Assembly (NCBI RefSeq): GCF_001194135.2
Contig: NC_068982.1
Location: 102,017,289 to 102,075,332 of the forward strand
Direction: 5' to 3'
DNA length: 58,044 nucleotides
Source of the DNA: Octopus bimaculoides
Taxonomy: Eukaryota
Part shown: piece after piece, positions 1-13,869 of the stretch
How the letters are laid out: each line of letters opens with the position of its first letter
How positions within the stretch are numbered: the first letter of the stretch is position 1
Translations under genes and position numbers: made by a program
Notes under the pieces: model-generated
The model's input: the letters and a program-made list of their open reading frames with translations, nothing else
The model's database searches: none
Told to the model about the DNA's origin: nothing

Positions 1-112
1 GAATAAGTACTAGGCATCCAAAGAATAAGTCCTGGGGTCGATTTACTCGACTAAAGGTGGTGCTCCAGCATGGCCACAGTCAAATAACTGAAACAAGTAA
101 AAGAGTAAAGAG
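1..112 (+). mobile_element. SINE family A, 3' tail (truncated by window start)
   Basis: gaataagtcctggggtcgatttactcgactaaaggtggtgctccagcatggccacagtcaaataactgaaacaagtaaaag. A related tail recurs at ~7100-7200 (+) and 45326-45380 (-). Followed by (TA)n. Confidence 0.8.
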
Positions 113-752
113 TATATATATATATATATATATATACTATGTCAAGATGGACTTATATATTCTTCCTCACATTTGGATTTTATGTATGCTCTCTCCCACT
201 TGGATTTAATATGTTGCCACGTTTATAATATGTCTTTTTTCTGCATTTTCGTGCAGCTGAAGATTGCTCTTCATATTGCATTTAAGGTAATGCTCACATT
301 ACTTAAATAAATTGAAGTAGCATGAAACGTGCGTACTGCAATCACTTTTGAAATCCGTGTTGCTTATTATTTGATATATATATATACATTAGCTCACACA
401 CGCTCACACACACACATAGACACACATGTGATAGAGAGGAGAGAGAGAAAAAGGAAATAAGCCCAAGGTGACAGAGGCAAATGATAACAACGATAATAAT
501 TGTAACTACAGTACGAATAGTGGCATATATATGAAAGTGAGGCTTAGGCAACAGGTGAGTAGCTATGACAGTTTTATAGCCTCAGATTCGAATATCTTTC
601 GTTTAGGCAGACGCTTGCCTTGGAATTTAAGTTCATAGACAGTTCTGTAAGCCTGGGGCAGCAGCACATTGTTCGCAGAAACATCTATATGCGTGCACGC
701 ACACACACGCACACAAAGCCGGACCCACACGCACATCCATCTCATCTCATAG

Positions 753-794
<42 letters not shown>

Positions 795-835
795 GCATAA
801 TGGTAGTGGTATCTCCCGATCGGAAAAAGCATAAT

Positions 836-1157
836 GGCGCATGGCTCAGTAGTTAGGACGTCGGGTTCACAATCATGAGGTAGTGAATTCAATTCCCGGG
901 CTGTGTGTTGTGTTCTTGAGCGAGACACTTTGTTTCACGTTGCTCCACTTCCCTCAGCTGTAGAAATGAGTTGCGACGTCACTTGTGGCAAGCTGTATCG
1001 GCCTTTGTCTTTCCATCGGTGGTGTCTAGAGGGGAGGCTGGTACGCATGGGCGACTGCTAGTCTTCCATAAACAAACTTTCCTAGACTTGTACCTAGGAG
1101 GGAAACTTTCTAGGTGAAATCCCATGGTTACTGGTGACCGAAGGGGTCTTTCTTACC
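836..1157 (+). mobile_element. tRNA-derived SINE, family C-like head
   Basis: A-box-like tggctcagtagt and B-box-like gaattcaattccc, then gtgttcttgagcgagacact...cactcagctg-like body shared with 54379-54692. Confidence 0.7.
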
Positions 1158-1664
1158 CGATAGGAGTTATTGGAGAAGTATAAACATAACAGTGTAGGGG
1201 TATAGTATTCTTAAACAAGACTGAGAGTAGTAATTGCATAAGTATAATCTAGTTAGTGCCACTATGTCAATTTGATAGTAGACTAGCGTATTTCATTGAA
1301 ATTAAGATGGTTTCCAATCTTGTAGCTCTAGAATGTTTGACATCTCCAGAGTACGCAGCTAATTCCTGATTCATTATGTTTATTAGCTAGTATAATCTTC
1401 TATCCCTCTTTCCTTCATAGTTCACAAAGGTGTCTAACCTCATCGAACAACGACGCGTATCCCTATAGTAACCATTTCCATATATAGCTAACATTGTAGT
1501 TAGCTAGATTATAGATGTGTACCAAAAGTGATGTCGAGTAACTAAGTCTTGGGTTGAAGAATGGATGTCTGCGCATGGAAATATGCTGCTTCATGGCATG
1601 AATCACAGAGACTGTGTAATATTTACTATAATGCATCATAATTCACTTTCATAATTAACATTTG

Positions 1665-1818
1665 TGTTATGTCTTAAACAACTGCTATCTAGCACCTTCG
1701 GATGATCTCTACTCAACCGTTACACAACTGCTACTCAACACTCCTACCACGGCCAGACTACCTCTATTTATATGTCTTGGGAGATCCTACTTCTACGCCT
1801 GGGGCCGTCGACACAACA
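1665..1818 (-). mobile_element. Solo LTR (TG...CA), copy 1
   Basis: Begins tgttatg and ends acaaca. Flanks atttg/gtttg (5-bp TSD, 1 mismatch). About 92% identical to the reverse complement of 34300-34520. TATAAATA on the minus strand at 1765-1772. Confidence 0.75.
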
Positions 1819-2280
1819 GTTTGCATGCACACAGTGTACGCCCAGGGGCTGATGTATACCACTCACTCTTTGAATTGTAGTTGCTGTTAGGGTTATGTCT
1901 AAGTCGCCTCAGGATTCTTTTCTCTCTCTCTTTTCTTCTGTGTGCACGTTTGTGCAAGTGTATGAATGTGTGCGTCATTTCGTCCCTCCTCTGATTGACC
2001 GCTTATCTATCTTGAAATCATCCTACCACTTAACGCTTTATTCTGCAATACACTGGTACCCGACGTTATTTGCATAGCTGGAATATGATTAAAGCGTTCA
2101 TCCTTCAAAACTTAGCAGTTTCCGCTACGAATGATGAGGAAGTGCGTCGATTACCTTGCGACATCTGGCCGACTTCCTTGCATAGTAATGACAATCGCTG
2201 CTGAAACACATGTATGTTTTTGAAAGCTGAAGATAACAATTACCTTTTCTCTGCGTATTATTGCTAAATATTTTCATGTA

Positions 2281-2281
<1 letters not shown>

Positions 2282-2319
<38 letters not shown>

Positions 2320-2380
2320 CTGTGTCTCTGTGTGTGTGCCTGTGTCTCTGTGTGTATATGTATGTGAGAGAGAGAGCATG
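2282..2380. repeat. (TG)n / (GA)n microsatellite
   Basis: Visible dinucleotide runs. Confidence 0.95.
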
Positions 2381-5300
2381 TGTCTAGATGCGTGTATGAA
2401 TTTATATGCTATAGGTATATACGAGGAGGGGCGGGAAGGAGGACAAAAAACGACGTTGATGAAGTTGACGATGATGGTGCATTTCTCCGTCTGGTATTTA
2501 TGGCTCTTTTTTTTTTATTGAACAAAAATTGTAGCCTCAATTCTAACAACAGAATTCTTGGAAGAGTGGCATGATTTTATTTTCATTTATATTATATTCT
2601 AAAATGCTTAGCGATTTATCCCTTATTCATAGAATTTTAAGTGAAAACTATTAAAAACTAACCCACAGCTTTAAATCCCCAACTCTGATAACATTGAGCT
2701 GTTTTTCACAAGAATTACTTCATATTCTTTTACGAAAACAAAACGAAAATTTTTCAGATTTGATTACATGTAAAGTGAAAAGAACAAAAAGTCATCGAAA
2801 ATGTATTTTGAATATGTAGCTTTGTCATAGATCAAAGTAAAGACATTTATGAAGATTCGGTGTTGTATTTTCTCAAGTGTTTTACTTAATGTCCGTATGT
2901 TATTTTTCTATTACCAACTGTAATTACCTTCGGCATTTCACAGGTATGAATACAAACAAACACGAAAACATTCCCTAAATTCAGCATTCCAAACTCTAAA
3001 AATTTTAGATTAATATGCTTGTAACGATGTTAAACATGCAACAGGCTTGGTGCTTATAACTTTTAGATTTTATTCTTGAAAAATGTGTAATGGAATTTTG
3101 TTTTTGTTAGACATGATTTCAACTGAGAAAATATTCATGCAATTTGAAGCAATACACTGAAACGTTGAGTATACACCACCGGATAGAGTATGGTCTAGCA
3201 GAGTAGTTACGAGAGAGATATATACTATTCATTGTTTTGACATTTGCATTGGATGAATTAGTTCTTATTACAAGTACGGTTTATATCTTCGTCAAAGTTG
3301 ATATGAAAAATGTTTCATATTCGCTTAGGTCTGTAATATGTCACTTCTGTTACTTGTCTACATGTGTTATTTTGTTCGGGAGCAATATCTCAGTCTAGCA
3401 AGTTGTGAGTAAGAAAACTAAATGTATTTCAAAGTAGATATTATGTATTGACGGAACCATCTCAGTGAGCTTTATCAAAGTTAGCACAGTCCATTTTATG
3501 TGTGGCGATAAATCAATTTCAATCATGAACTACAATCTCATTGGCTTCCCAAGGGTACTGACAACTTCTGAAATATGTTCTTATGGTGTCAAGATGAGTA
3601 TGATATTACAGTGTATAATAAACGTTTGCCATGTTTTATTATTTCTACACTGTACTGCATAATGTTTCGTTTTAAGTTACTTCCATACAAATCCTCATGG
3701 AAATATTATCGGAGATATATTTTTTTCTGGCGAGATACCCGAAAATATTTATGATAAGTTTGGCGTTACTTTCAGAAAGTATATCTTTATATTTCTACCA
3801 ACCAATAGGGACTAGTGCATTAGATCTTACTTTCAATTTCTTCGGAAATATATCAGAAACCATGCTGCGTTTTATTTCCCATCTGCAGCGCTCAGCGTAA
3901 ATATTAATCCTCGTAAACAAAGGCTTAACGAAACAAAAATTTGGCGCATAAATTTGATATGTGTAATAGAAAGATAAAATAGTTTCAATTATATCTTTTA
4001 TTTGAAATAATCAATGATGGTAATTCTTTGCCGTTCGAAGAGAGATTTTGAAATAAATATTAGTTTAATTGATTTCTTTAATGTGTATATTTGCTTTCCT
4101 CTTCTTCTAAGAATTCCATACTTTATATGAGGTGCAATTGCAATTGTCATTGACAAAATAATGATTCTTTCTATATTTATTTGATTAATTTTACACTAAG
4201 GAAATAACGAAATTCTTCTCTAAAGCCTATAATTTGGAGTGGTGGGTAGAAGTTTCAGATTACAGTAATTAATGACAATGTACTGATTATTCTCTGTGAT
4301 GCTTAAATAGAAACCTTCGTAGAAATTTAATCTAAACGTGGAATCATGATTGTTTTATTTTACCAATGAGAAATGTAGACTTAAGTATTGTCAGTACAAA
4401 GAAAGTCTGTTCTCTAGCGCATTGTAGTATCTCCCAGTATAAGAGGAAAAGCTACGCTACACCATGACACCAAGAGTTAGACAGACATAGAGAACAGTTC
4501 GATAGATATGTGATTAAAATGTACAAATCGGATCGTGATGCCCAATTTCAATGTTATTCATGATTAATTATCAAGAGAAATGTACAATGCTACAAAACTG
4601 GACAACGTATCTAACTCTCATCTAAATCGAGTGTTTCGTATATTACGAGACTACACCACGGCGAGAGATCCGATATTTAGAAAGGCATTTGTTCGAAAAA
4701 AGGGTTTCACTCGGTAGCAAACACTTCATGATATATGCCACATTTTTATTCAAGCAAACTGCAGATCTTTCCCTATCTGCATTAGTGTTGTAACGAAATA
4801 GAACATGTGGATATCTTAATTTTAAACCGGAAAGTAAAATAAACAAGTGTCTAATAATTCTTCATTTAAATAATGAACTTTATAAAAGTAGATTAGAAAG
4901 GTGAATATAAATAAGCCGTAAAGAATTGTAGGTGAAAATATTTAACTCTGAATATTATTAGAAATATTCAAAACCTTCTCTAATTTACCTGGAAATTAAG
5001 TTTATTGAGTGAATTCATTTATATCTTCATATTTATCACAATGATATTCATTAATTCCTATTAACATTTGTTCTATTTTCGCAATAATTCTAAAAAACAT
5101 TAATATTGTTTAATACGATTGCATAGTGTCATGCCCTCGAATATTAAATATGAAACTAATTTAATTAAGGGGGGATTTTGGCTCTGAGTTTTAATATTTC
5201 ATGATCATTCCAATTTGAAAAATCTCTGCTCCTTAAATCTTTATTTCAAAATGCAATCAATTAATTATTATTGTACTATTCTTGCTTAGCTTAAGCAACT

Positions 5301-6611
5301 GTTTAAATCATCTGTTAAATAATACCGTTCGTATCGTATGCTATGTCCTTATTCAATATATTTTTCAAAAAAGCAAAAGCCTTTGAAACGAAAACGCTTA
5401 GTGACAAATAAATTCAATGCATTTAAATACAAAGGTTCTCGTTTCCCCAGTCACATTAAAAACTGAAACTGATATTCCATCATTCGTTTATAAGATAATG
5501 ATATGCAGTTATTTCAGTACCTTTATCAAGATTAATCCAACCTACGTTTTATAAAGTCAACCGCTTTTCTTCAGGTTATTTAACGCTATAAAAACAGCAT
5601 CGGCCTAAACATTTTCTATTGCAAAGGTGAATATCACTCCTAGCACTAGTATTATTTTACGTTAATAATATACATCACGTTATTAGGGATTACTATATGA
5701 ACGTTCAATCAATATTTATGTCAAAACTTGAATTATGTTCCAATAATTTTGTACCATAACATGTCTTCGCTTATTTTGAAGCAACTTACTCTAGCATTTA
5801 CTGCAATTTTTTCATGAGACTTTACTTTATTTGTTGCTGCAATACCCAGTATTCTATTATCCATTATTTCTTTGTGAAGGATTTCCTACTGCTGTTCCCC
5901 CACTTTACTACAAATATTGGGATTATATTACATTTTAAAGCATTTTTTTACAAATTTTAAACTGCTATGTACGAATCTTGTCATAGGGAGGAATAGCTGA
6001 AAGTGTCTACTTTTCTGTTTCCGTGTTTTAGCATATATTATACATCCAGCTATACATAGGCGGTATAGATATATCACTTTGATACGATTGCTATGGATTT
6101 CCGGTCTAAAGCCTCATGCATTTTATGCAAGGTGGCAATGCTGGCTATGAAGTATCACTAGCAATCAATGAATATTTTTCAGTCTGTGTCTTGCTGCCCC
6201 TATAAATTTTCAATGCACACTATCAGTGGTAACATACATCATAGCTTTTACTGTATATGAACAATACCTGTTGCATTGAACAATCAACGTTATTGAAAAT
6301 ACCTGTTATATAAAATAGTTGTGACTGTATGTTGTTAAACCCTATCAACATTAACCACGTTCGGTTGTTATCGAGTGTTTGATCTGTGAACCCAGAATAT
6401 CCTCGGTGAGGGAGCAGACAATTGTAAACCTACAATTGCTGAATACAATTTCCTATAAAATACCTCCCTTGAAATACGAAAGCAAATAGAAGCCCCCTAT
6501 TGCAGCTTCGGTATACCTTAAATTGTTTTATTCGGGTGTGGTTGAACAACACGAATGCCTGATTTGAGGAAGCTTCAGTTATGGAGGATATTTCAAAGCT
6601 TCAATAGCATG

Positions 6612-6739
6612 CGTATACATACATACATACATACATACGTACATACATACGTACATACATACATACATACATATGTACACACATACATACATATATGCAA
6701 ATACGTATACATGCATACATACATACATACATACATACA

Positions 6740-6793
<54 letters not shown>
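6612..6793. repeat. Compound (TACA)n-(TA)n microsatellite
   Basis: Visible; explains the HTYI/YIYI ORFs. Confidence 0.95.
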
Positions 6794-6795
<2 letters not shown>

Positions 6796-6955
6796 CACAG
6801 GCGTGACTGTGGGAAACGATGCTTCCTTCCCAACCACATGGTTCTGGGTTCAGTCCCACTGCGTAGCACCTTAGGCAAGTGATTTCTGCTATAGCCTCGG
6901 GCCGACAAAACACCTGTGAGTAGATTTCGTAGAGGGAAACTGAAAGAATCCCGTC

Positions 6956-7004
<49 letters not shown>

Positions 7005-7200
7005 TGTGTGTGCTTCTGTGTTTATGTGTGTGTGTCTGTGTGTTACCCCACCACTTATACTGGTGTTTTTCCATCCCTGTATTATAGGAGTAGAGCAAAA
7101 GGGACCGATAGAATAAGTACCTCGCATAACAAATGAGTACTTGGATCGATTCACTCCTTTAAAAATTCAAGGCAGTGCCCTAGCATGGCTGCAGTCTCAG
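6794..7200 (+). mobile_element. tRNA-derived SINE family A, near full length with internal (TG)n
   Basis: Head ggcacaggcgtgactgtggg, B-box gggttcagtcc (6846-6856), body ending gaaactgaaagaatcccgtcg, then (TG)n, then a tail matching 1-112. Confidence 0.85.
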
Positions 7201-7394
7201 TCAGCTACGTTTACAGTGCCAAAACGTCTAAATCACTGTCAATGTTACTGTCGTTGAGGGATATTAAACCTATACTCTACAAAAAATATTGAGTACTCCT
7301 TAATGTTAATGGAAATTGTTTTTATTATAACACAACATATAAACAAACATTGATATATCAAGCTATTTATATGTGTACACACACACACACACAC

Positions 7395-7546
7395 ACGAGG
7401 GGTTGCTGAAAGTTCCTGGCATTAAGGGTGTCGCGAAAGGCTTACTTGGAAGCCCAACCTTCCGAGTTCTTTTAAAGGGTTAGAAAAACTTGACGGCTTG
7501 CAATGAGTATGTGAATCTCAGAGGGTAATATGTTGAATAAAATCAT
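7395..7546 (+). mobile_element. Mariner/Tc1-derived MITE fragment (one TIR)
   Basis: Starts acgaggggttgctgaaagttcctgg (mariner-type TIR). Internal tgcaatgagtatgtgaatctcagagggtaatatgttgaataa resembles a decayed mariner C-terminus (KC..L.G.YVE*). Second TIR not seen. Confidence 0.55.
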
Positions 7547-7559
7547 ATGTATGTATATG

Positions 7560-7770
7560 GATATGCAACCACACGTGAACTGTTTGCAATTTTTTTCCGC
7601 CTTCATCCCTTTTTCCCTTTGGACTTACGTGTTTTTTTCTGTTTCAGAAGAAGAGCTAAGCTCGAAACGTAAAATAACTACTCTCTTCTTTCTCTGTGCG
7701 TTTTATTAATACATCCTCACGTTTCTTTGCTTTTTTTCCCTTCTATCTTTTTGAATTGACTACAAACACA
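7560..7770 (+). mobile_element. Penelope-like element terminal repeat fragment with degenerate hammerhead
   Basis: cagaaga-a-gagc-taa-gctc-gaaa-cgta at 7645-7671 followed by a pyrimidine-rich tail; similar layout at 29105-29225. Confidence 0.55.
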
Positions 7771-9084
7771 AACACACACACACACACACATCCATATATA
7801 TATATATTATTCTTTAACAAGAGTACTTATAAATTTCTACTCTGCCGAATGTATTGAGTAACCCTTCGGTTTAGTATAAAAATTGTATTTAATATAACAT
7901 AAAAATCACACATTGATATATAAGTGATGGCCGGTGCCAAAACAACAACTTACAAGACAGCAACTTACATTATTCGGGTGACGGTACGTAGCATAAGGGA
8001 CAGGATAAGTAAACACTAACTGGCGCTCAAAGAGGAGAAAGGAGAAGAAAATCTCGTCAGTGCTCTCCCTACATTCTCAAAGAAGATATAGAGGTTCGCT
8101 TAATAACATCGATGTTAAGGCATTATCAACGCATAGAACAGACACAGCACTTAGATTACAGAGGTTACACACATAGTAATAGAGAGACCGAGTCTCAACA
8201 GAAAACGCGAATGGAATGAAAACACTCATAAGGGGCACGGATACAAACAGTATAGTAAGTAAACCCACATACACACACACAAAACATATATTGAAAACAA
8301 ATACACAAGAATAGTCACACACGCGACAACACATACACATGCGTAGTCAAACAGACGCACGCACATACACACACTGATACAGACGCAAAGACATGCGCAT
8401 ACAAGTGTACACACCACAGAAAGAGAGAAAGAACTAAGAGAGAGCCACATGGAATGGAGAGTCCCTGGAGAGGTTACAGGTGCGTGATGAAGGATTTCCA
8501 GACAATGGACATAAAATAACAATAGTAATAAACAAGGGGAGAACTATATAGTGAGTGTGTTTATCTGGCAAGAAAAAAAATGATCATCCCGAAATTCACT
8601 TAAACATTGCATATGCTTATTAAAATATGGCACAATAAGGTAATATATATCCTGTACAAAATATAAGTTAATGCTACACCACCCCTATCGTTTCAGATTC
8701 TATAAAGCATGTCAAAATGTATATCGATTCACATTTTTTTCATATTCTGTTCTATGCATAACTCCGTGCCAGATAACACACGTTCCCCGGGTTTCTTGTC
8801 CCTCTCGTGACGCATGCTTGCGTTACACGTCTTGTGAAAGTGATATCTGACGAAATTTTCTCCAGTAGTACAAAATTTAGCACCAAATTCTTGTGTATGT
8901 TCTATTAAATATGCAGATTAGTAATTAGGAATGAGAACTTTAATGTAACAAGTTATAAAGTATTCACGCTCCAATAAAAGTAATAGATTTCTTTCTTGTA
9001 GACTACTTTCTTTCCCCTGGTTTACACTGATTTTGAACCAAAACGCAAACATACATGCATACATATATATTTATGTATATATAC

Positions 9085-9117
<33 letters not shown>

Positions 9118-10063
9118 NNNNNNNNNNNNNNNNNNNNNNNNNNNNNNNNNNNNNNNNNNNNNNNNNNNNNNNNNNNNNNNNNNNNNNNNNNNNNNNNNNN
9201 NNNNNNNNNNNNNNNNNNNNNNNNNNNNNNNNNNNNNNNNNNNNNNNNNNNNNNNNNNNNNNNNNNNNNNNNNNNNNNNNNNNNNNNNNNNNNNNNNNNN
9301 NNNNNNNNNNNNNNNNNNNNNNNNNNNNNNNNNNNNNNNNNNNNNNNNNNNNNNNNNNNNNNNNNNNNNNNNNNNNNNNNNNNNNNNNNNNNNNNNNNNN
9401 NNNNNNNNNNNNNNNNNNNNNNNNNNNNNNNNNNNNNNNNNNNNNNNNNNNNNNNNNNNNNNNNNNNNNNNNNNNNNNNNNNNNNNNNNNNNNNNNNNNN
9501 NNNNNNNNNNNNNNNNNNNNNNNNNNNNNNNNNNNNNNNNNNNNNNNNNNNNNNNNNNNNNNNNNNNNNNNNNNNNNNNNNNNNNNNNNNNNNNNNNNNN
9601 NNNNNNNNNNNNNNNNNNNNNNNNNNNNNNNNNNNNNNNNNNNNNNNNNNNNNNNNNNNNNNNNNNNNNNNNNNNNNNNNNNNNNNNNNNNNNNNNNNNN
9701 NNNNNNNNNNNNNNNNNNNNNNNNNNNNNNNNNNNNNNNNNNNNNNNNNNNNNNNNNNNNNNNNNNNNNNNNNNNNNNNNNNNNNNNNNNNNNNNNNNNN
9801 NNNNNNNNNNNNNNNNNNNNNNNNNNNNNNNNNNNNNNNNNNNNNNNNNNNNNNNNNNNNNNNNNNNNNNNNNNNNNNNNNNNNNNNNNNNNNNNNNNNN
9901 NNNNNNNNNNNNNNNNNNNNNNNNNNNNNNNNNNNNNNNNNNNNNNNNNNNNNNNNNNNNNNNNNNNNNNNNNNNNNNNNNNNNNNNNNNNNNNNNNNNN
10001 NNNNNNNNNNNNNNNNNNNNNNNNNNNNNNNNNNNNNNNNNNNNNNNNNNNNNNNNNNNNNNN
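9118..10063. other. Assembly gap (946 N)
   Basis: N run flanked by (TA)n. Confidence 1.
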
Positions 10064-10179
10064 TATATACCTACATTCATACATTCATGCCTTCATACAT
10101 ATTATTCCACGGTAGATCTGAAGGATGCGTGGGATGCATTGTCAATTCACCCCACATCATCTATACGTCCCTCCATCAT

Positions 10180-11210
10180 TTTACCCAACCATAGTCAATT
10201 AAATCCAAGCTTGTATCCCAAGACCAGCAAACCATTGATCTTCCCTCTGTATCGAAAGCCACCTGGTGGTCCTCTCTAAAGAGCTTTGGTATTAAATATA
10301 CGTCCCTACCATATTCACTGCTCCAATAACTGCCAGCGCAGTAAAAAATTTGCAGAATGAACGCCTCACAAAACCCGGCAGTATATTGCACCTGGCTCAT
10401 AATGTGCGTACCAATTTTGATATCTGCACCGTTATGCCAGCTTTTGATATTTAGTAAGCTTTCTCCCGTGAGTTTTCAGTATATATTCTTCCAAGTCACA
10501 GTCATCTACTTGGTCATCCAAGTTGCAGTCATCCATATCATCATCTACTTGGTGGAATCAGAAATGATAATTACGTCCAAATGAAATGACGCTAGCATGA
10601 TGTGTTCCGGGAACTGTAATTGTTTGAAATGATCCGATATAAACTGAAGTTCGGACTAGTTAGAAAGAGGTACATTCGCTGATTTTTCACTGAATAGTGT
10701 TTTCTTCCAGTTTTCATTAAAGTGATGGCTTCATTCCTGGAGTGATATTTACTTAATTGAATAGTTGTTGTTATCAACTTCACAACCATCATAAACACAT
10801 GATCATGTCACCAGTGTTAGCGACCGTTGTCTAAGTCTCTGAAACGGCCGTTGGGCGAATGTTGAAGAGTGCATGAAATCTATATTTATTAGTGTCGATG
10901 TTCATTCGTCTTAAAACAGCTCGACCATTTCCCAACGTATGTTTTCCAGTAGTCGTACATGAATGAATCCAAAAGTTGTCTGAAATAAAGTATGAAGAAA
11001 GTAACCTTGTTCTCAGCTAGTGATAGGGTAAAACAAGGAAGATTATTCAAAGATATTTCAAAAATCTCATAGTTATTAGGGTTGTTGTACGCTCTCTCAT
11101 TCATTCTTTGTTTCATACTAATTTTTATGAACAATTGATGGAGGATTGAGCTTGTCAGTGTCGTTTGGGTGCTTTTATCTGCTTTTTCAATATATTCCTT
11201 TATTGTCACT
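10180..11210 (-). pseudogene. Possible MULE (Mutator-like) transposase relic
   Basis: Minus strand reads ...FMYDYWKTYVGKWSSCF, then after frameshifts NIDTNKY..FH and (R)PNGR..DL. This resembles the F..Y...Y...W..C...NTN...ESFH...N.R.D.L segment of MULE/SWIM transposases. Many stops; low certainty. Confidence 0.35.
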
Positions 11211-13869
11211 TTGAATCACCATTTTCATACACACACACGCACGCACTCACAAACACATACACACACACACATGTGTTTGCTCACATGAGTGTTTGCGTAT
11301 AAAAAAATGCTAATACTCCGGGTTTCGCTTTGCCGTTCTTTCAGCTGAGCAAATGCAATATTTACTATGTATTTTTACCTAACGAGAACTGTGATAGTCT
11401 ATATGTCTCACCGTCTTTCTATATTCTTAGTATACCTCGTATATATCGAAGAAATATTCAAACATTAATAGATATGAGTCTAGACTGCCTTGTAGTAACT
11501 TCGCTGTATGTATGCATTATTGAGCATATAATGGAAAGTACTTCATTATATTTACTCTCTTATATTGTTTTCCAATATAAAATAAACATCTTTCTTTGTC
11601 TACTGCAAATTTCTCTTTAACTCAAAAGTATATCGAATGAATCAATTTAAAACGAAATGGTGCAATTTTTAGCCAAACTACTTTAAAAAAAAAAACTATA
11701 TGTAGCATTCTCAAACTTGTATATCTATTAAGACAACGTCAACTAGATCTTAATACATTTTTTATCAATACATGTCAAACTATAATGCAGTACAGCCAAA
11801 AAATTGTATGTTTTGCTTTGACATTTGCTTCTATTTGTTTGCAATTGGGGAAGTTGTTATTATGACGACACTTCAGATAGATTATTTTTGTTTGCTTGAT
11901 TGTTTTATCAGATTGATTCGTTGGTGTTTAGTATTGTTTTTCGTTGTTGCTTTCAAGCAACGATTTGTTTAGAGTGTTGGTAAGAGAATTGATATGACAT
12001 AACATGTTCTTTAGCTGAATGTACAAATATAATCTGGTATTCTTGGTTTGGCAGACATAAATATTTACACTTATACTTTCAAAATGTTTTAAAAGTTAAT
12101 CTGGGGAGACGAGACTATAGCAATTACTTTTGAAAAACCTTTGAGGTCGGTGCAGTGTCTACTTTCACGATAAATTGGTCGAAGTTTGCAGTTAAAACTT
12201 TGCCAGGAAATTCAAAATGTTTCATTTTTCGAGATAAACATTGGAAACATGTTTTAGGGAGGTGTATATGACGTAAAATACATGTGGTCCAAGAAACACA
12301 AAGATAGATATTGAATTCTATGTAATTAGACTGGTATAGGAATCGCTAGTTTAAAGAAATATGGGGTCCGACTTTCATTTCGTACGTAGGCAGTAACTTA
12401 GTAGAGCTGATTTACTTCTTGGTTTTAAAGCAAAAGCATAACATTCAAGTACAGTCAGGACAATGTTATGAATGATGAAACCTAACATTGTATCAATTTT
12501 AAGTGGTTTAATTGTTGCTATTCGTGCAAAGTCAGCGAAATTGTACAATGTGATATTTTATGTGATGCATGTACCATTGAATAACCACATTTATAAAGCC
12601 GACTAACTTGTATCTTATTGAATGATATATAGTTTGATAGTTTGATAATTTGAGTCTTACAGAGCACAAATCGTGTAAATTGTCAATGTTCAGAAAGCTA
12701 AAAAGAATAAAGAATTATCGTCTACTTAAATGTATTGAAATATGGAAATATATATGTAAAATCATTATAGTTGATCATTAAAGAAGTAAGTATTTGGAAG
12801 AAAAAGCTGAAGTAGACAAGTGGAGAGTTGGCATAAGCTCCGTTGGAGTATGCTGCATACAGTTGAGTGGTCTCACATGAATTTAGATATGAAAAACGTA
12901 TGAAGTCAATAGGGGGAGAATTTCACTCGATGATTTTCATAGTATAGACAGAGTAAAACTTTGCTGATGTTTTGATATTGGGACCAGTTTGTTTGAGTCT
13001 ATGTATACTTGAACGTATGCGTGAGGTTGCAGATTAGGAAGCAAAATAAGGAAGAAATACAGCATAATGACGTTGAGATAGAAACTGAAATTAAATTTTG
13101 ATTGAGGGGATGAGAAGAAATATTCTGAAACTTAGTGACAACTGTTTAAGTTCTCTTAAGTATCTGCAAATATAGTGCAGTATAGAAATGCCCTATATTT
13201 TCTTTTTGTTGTAGTTATGCAATTATTATTATTCGTATTCGCATATTTTGGTTGGTAATTAAGTATTAGTCAAACTTGATCAAGCGAATCAATGACGAAA
13301 CAGTATTCTAGTCTCTAGCTTTCTGAAAGCTAAAGTATACGAGAACCATATTAACCAATGTGAAATTCCTAATTTAAAAGGTAAGAGTGTGATTTAAGGG
13401 ATATTTTGCTATTCATTATAACAAGTAATAAAGTCACAAAAAAGCATCTTGTTTGGTGAAGGTGGTGAATCTTCTTTCAGACAATGTTGCCAGTATTTAC
13501 CAGTGTCATCGCCTGCGCAGTGATTAAGTCTTGACTTGCATAAATTAGTTTTAGACCTTGGTTATATTAGCAGCATCAAGACACACAGAGGAATAGAATT
13601 TCGAACATCCTGCTTGACATGTCTCATAGATTTGTAGATTTGATGGCAGAATTGATATAAATGTAACCAGTTAGCTTATTAGAAGATGCAAAAGGTTCGT
13701 TGAATGGAGTCGTTATACAGTAGAGATAGTACGTAAATTAAAGAGTATGGGTGCGAGACTTCAGTCAACGAACCACATTTCAGAGCGGATAAAGAGTGTC
13801 AACTTAGCAGTATTAGAGTTAGTGGAGGACATATTAATCTCACGAAGAAGCACCTGGTACGTGGATTTT

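Noticed and set aside
2066-2073. Octamer ATTTGCAT as an snRNA promoter element
   Set aside because: No PSE or snRNA body nearby; expected by chance.
3110-3950. Minus-strand protein-like stretch with a signal-peptide-like start
   Set aside because: Stop density similar to random AT-rich DNA; no recognisable motif.
5575-5626. 52-nt segment with good acceptor and donor
   Set aside because: Stops in all three frames; at best a UTR exon or pseudo-exon.
9022-10194. Long ORFs of 337-379 aa (also 30554-31438 and 51400-52293)
   Set aside because: They run through N gaps and microsatellites; artefacts.
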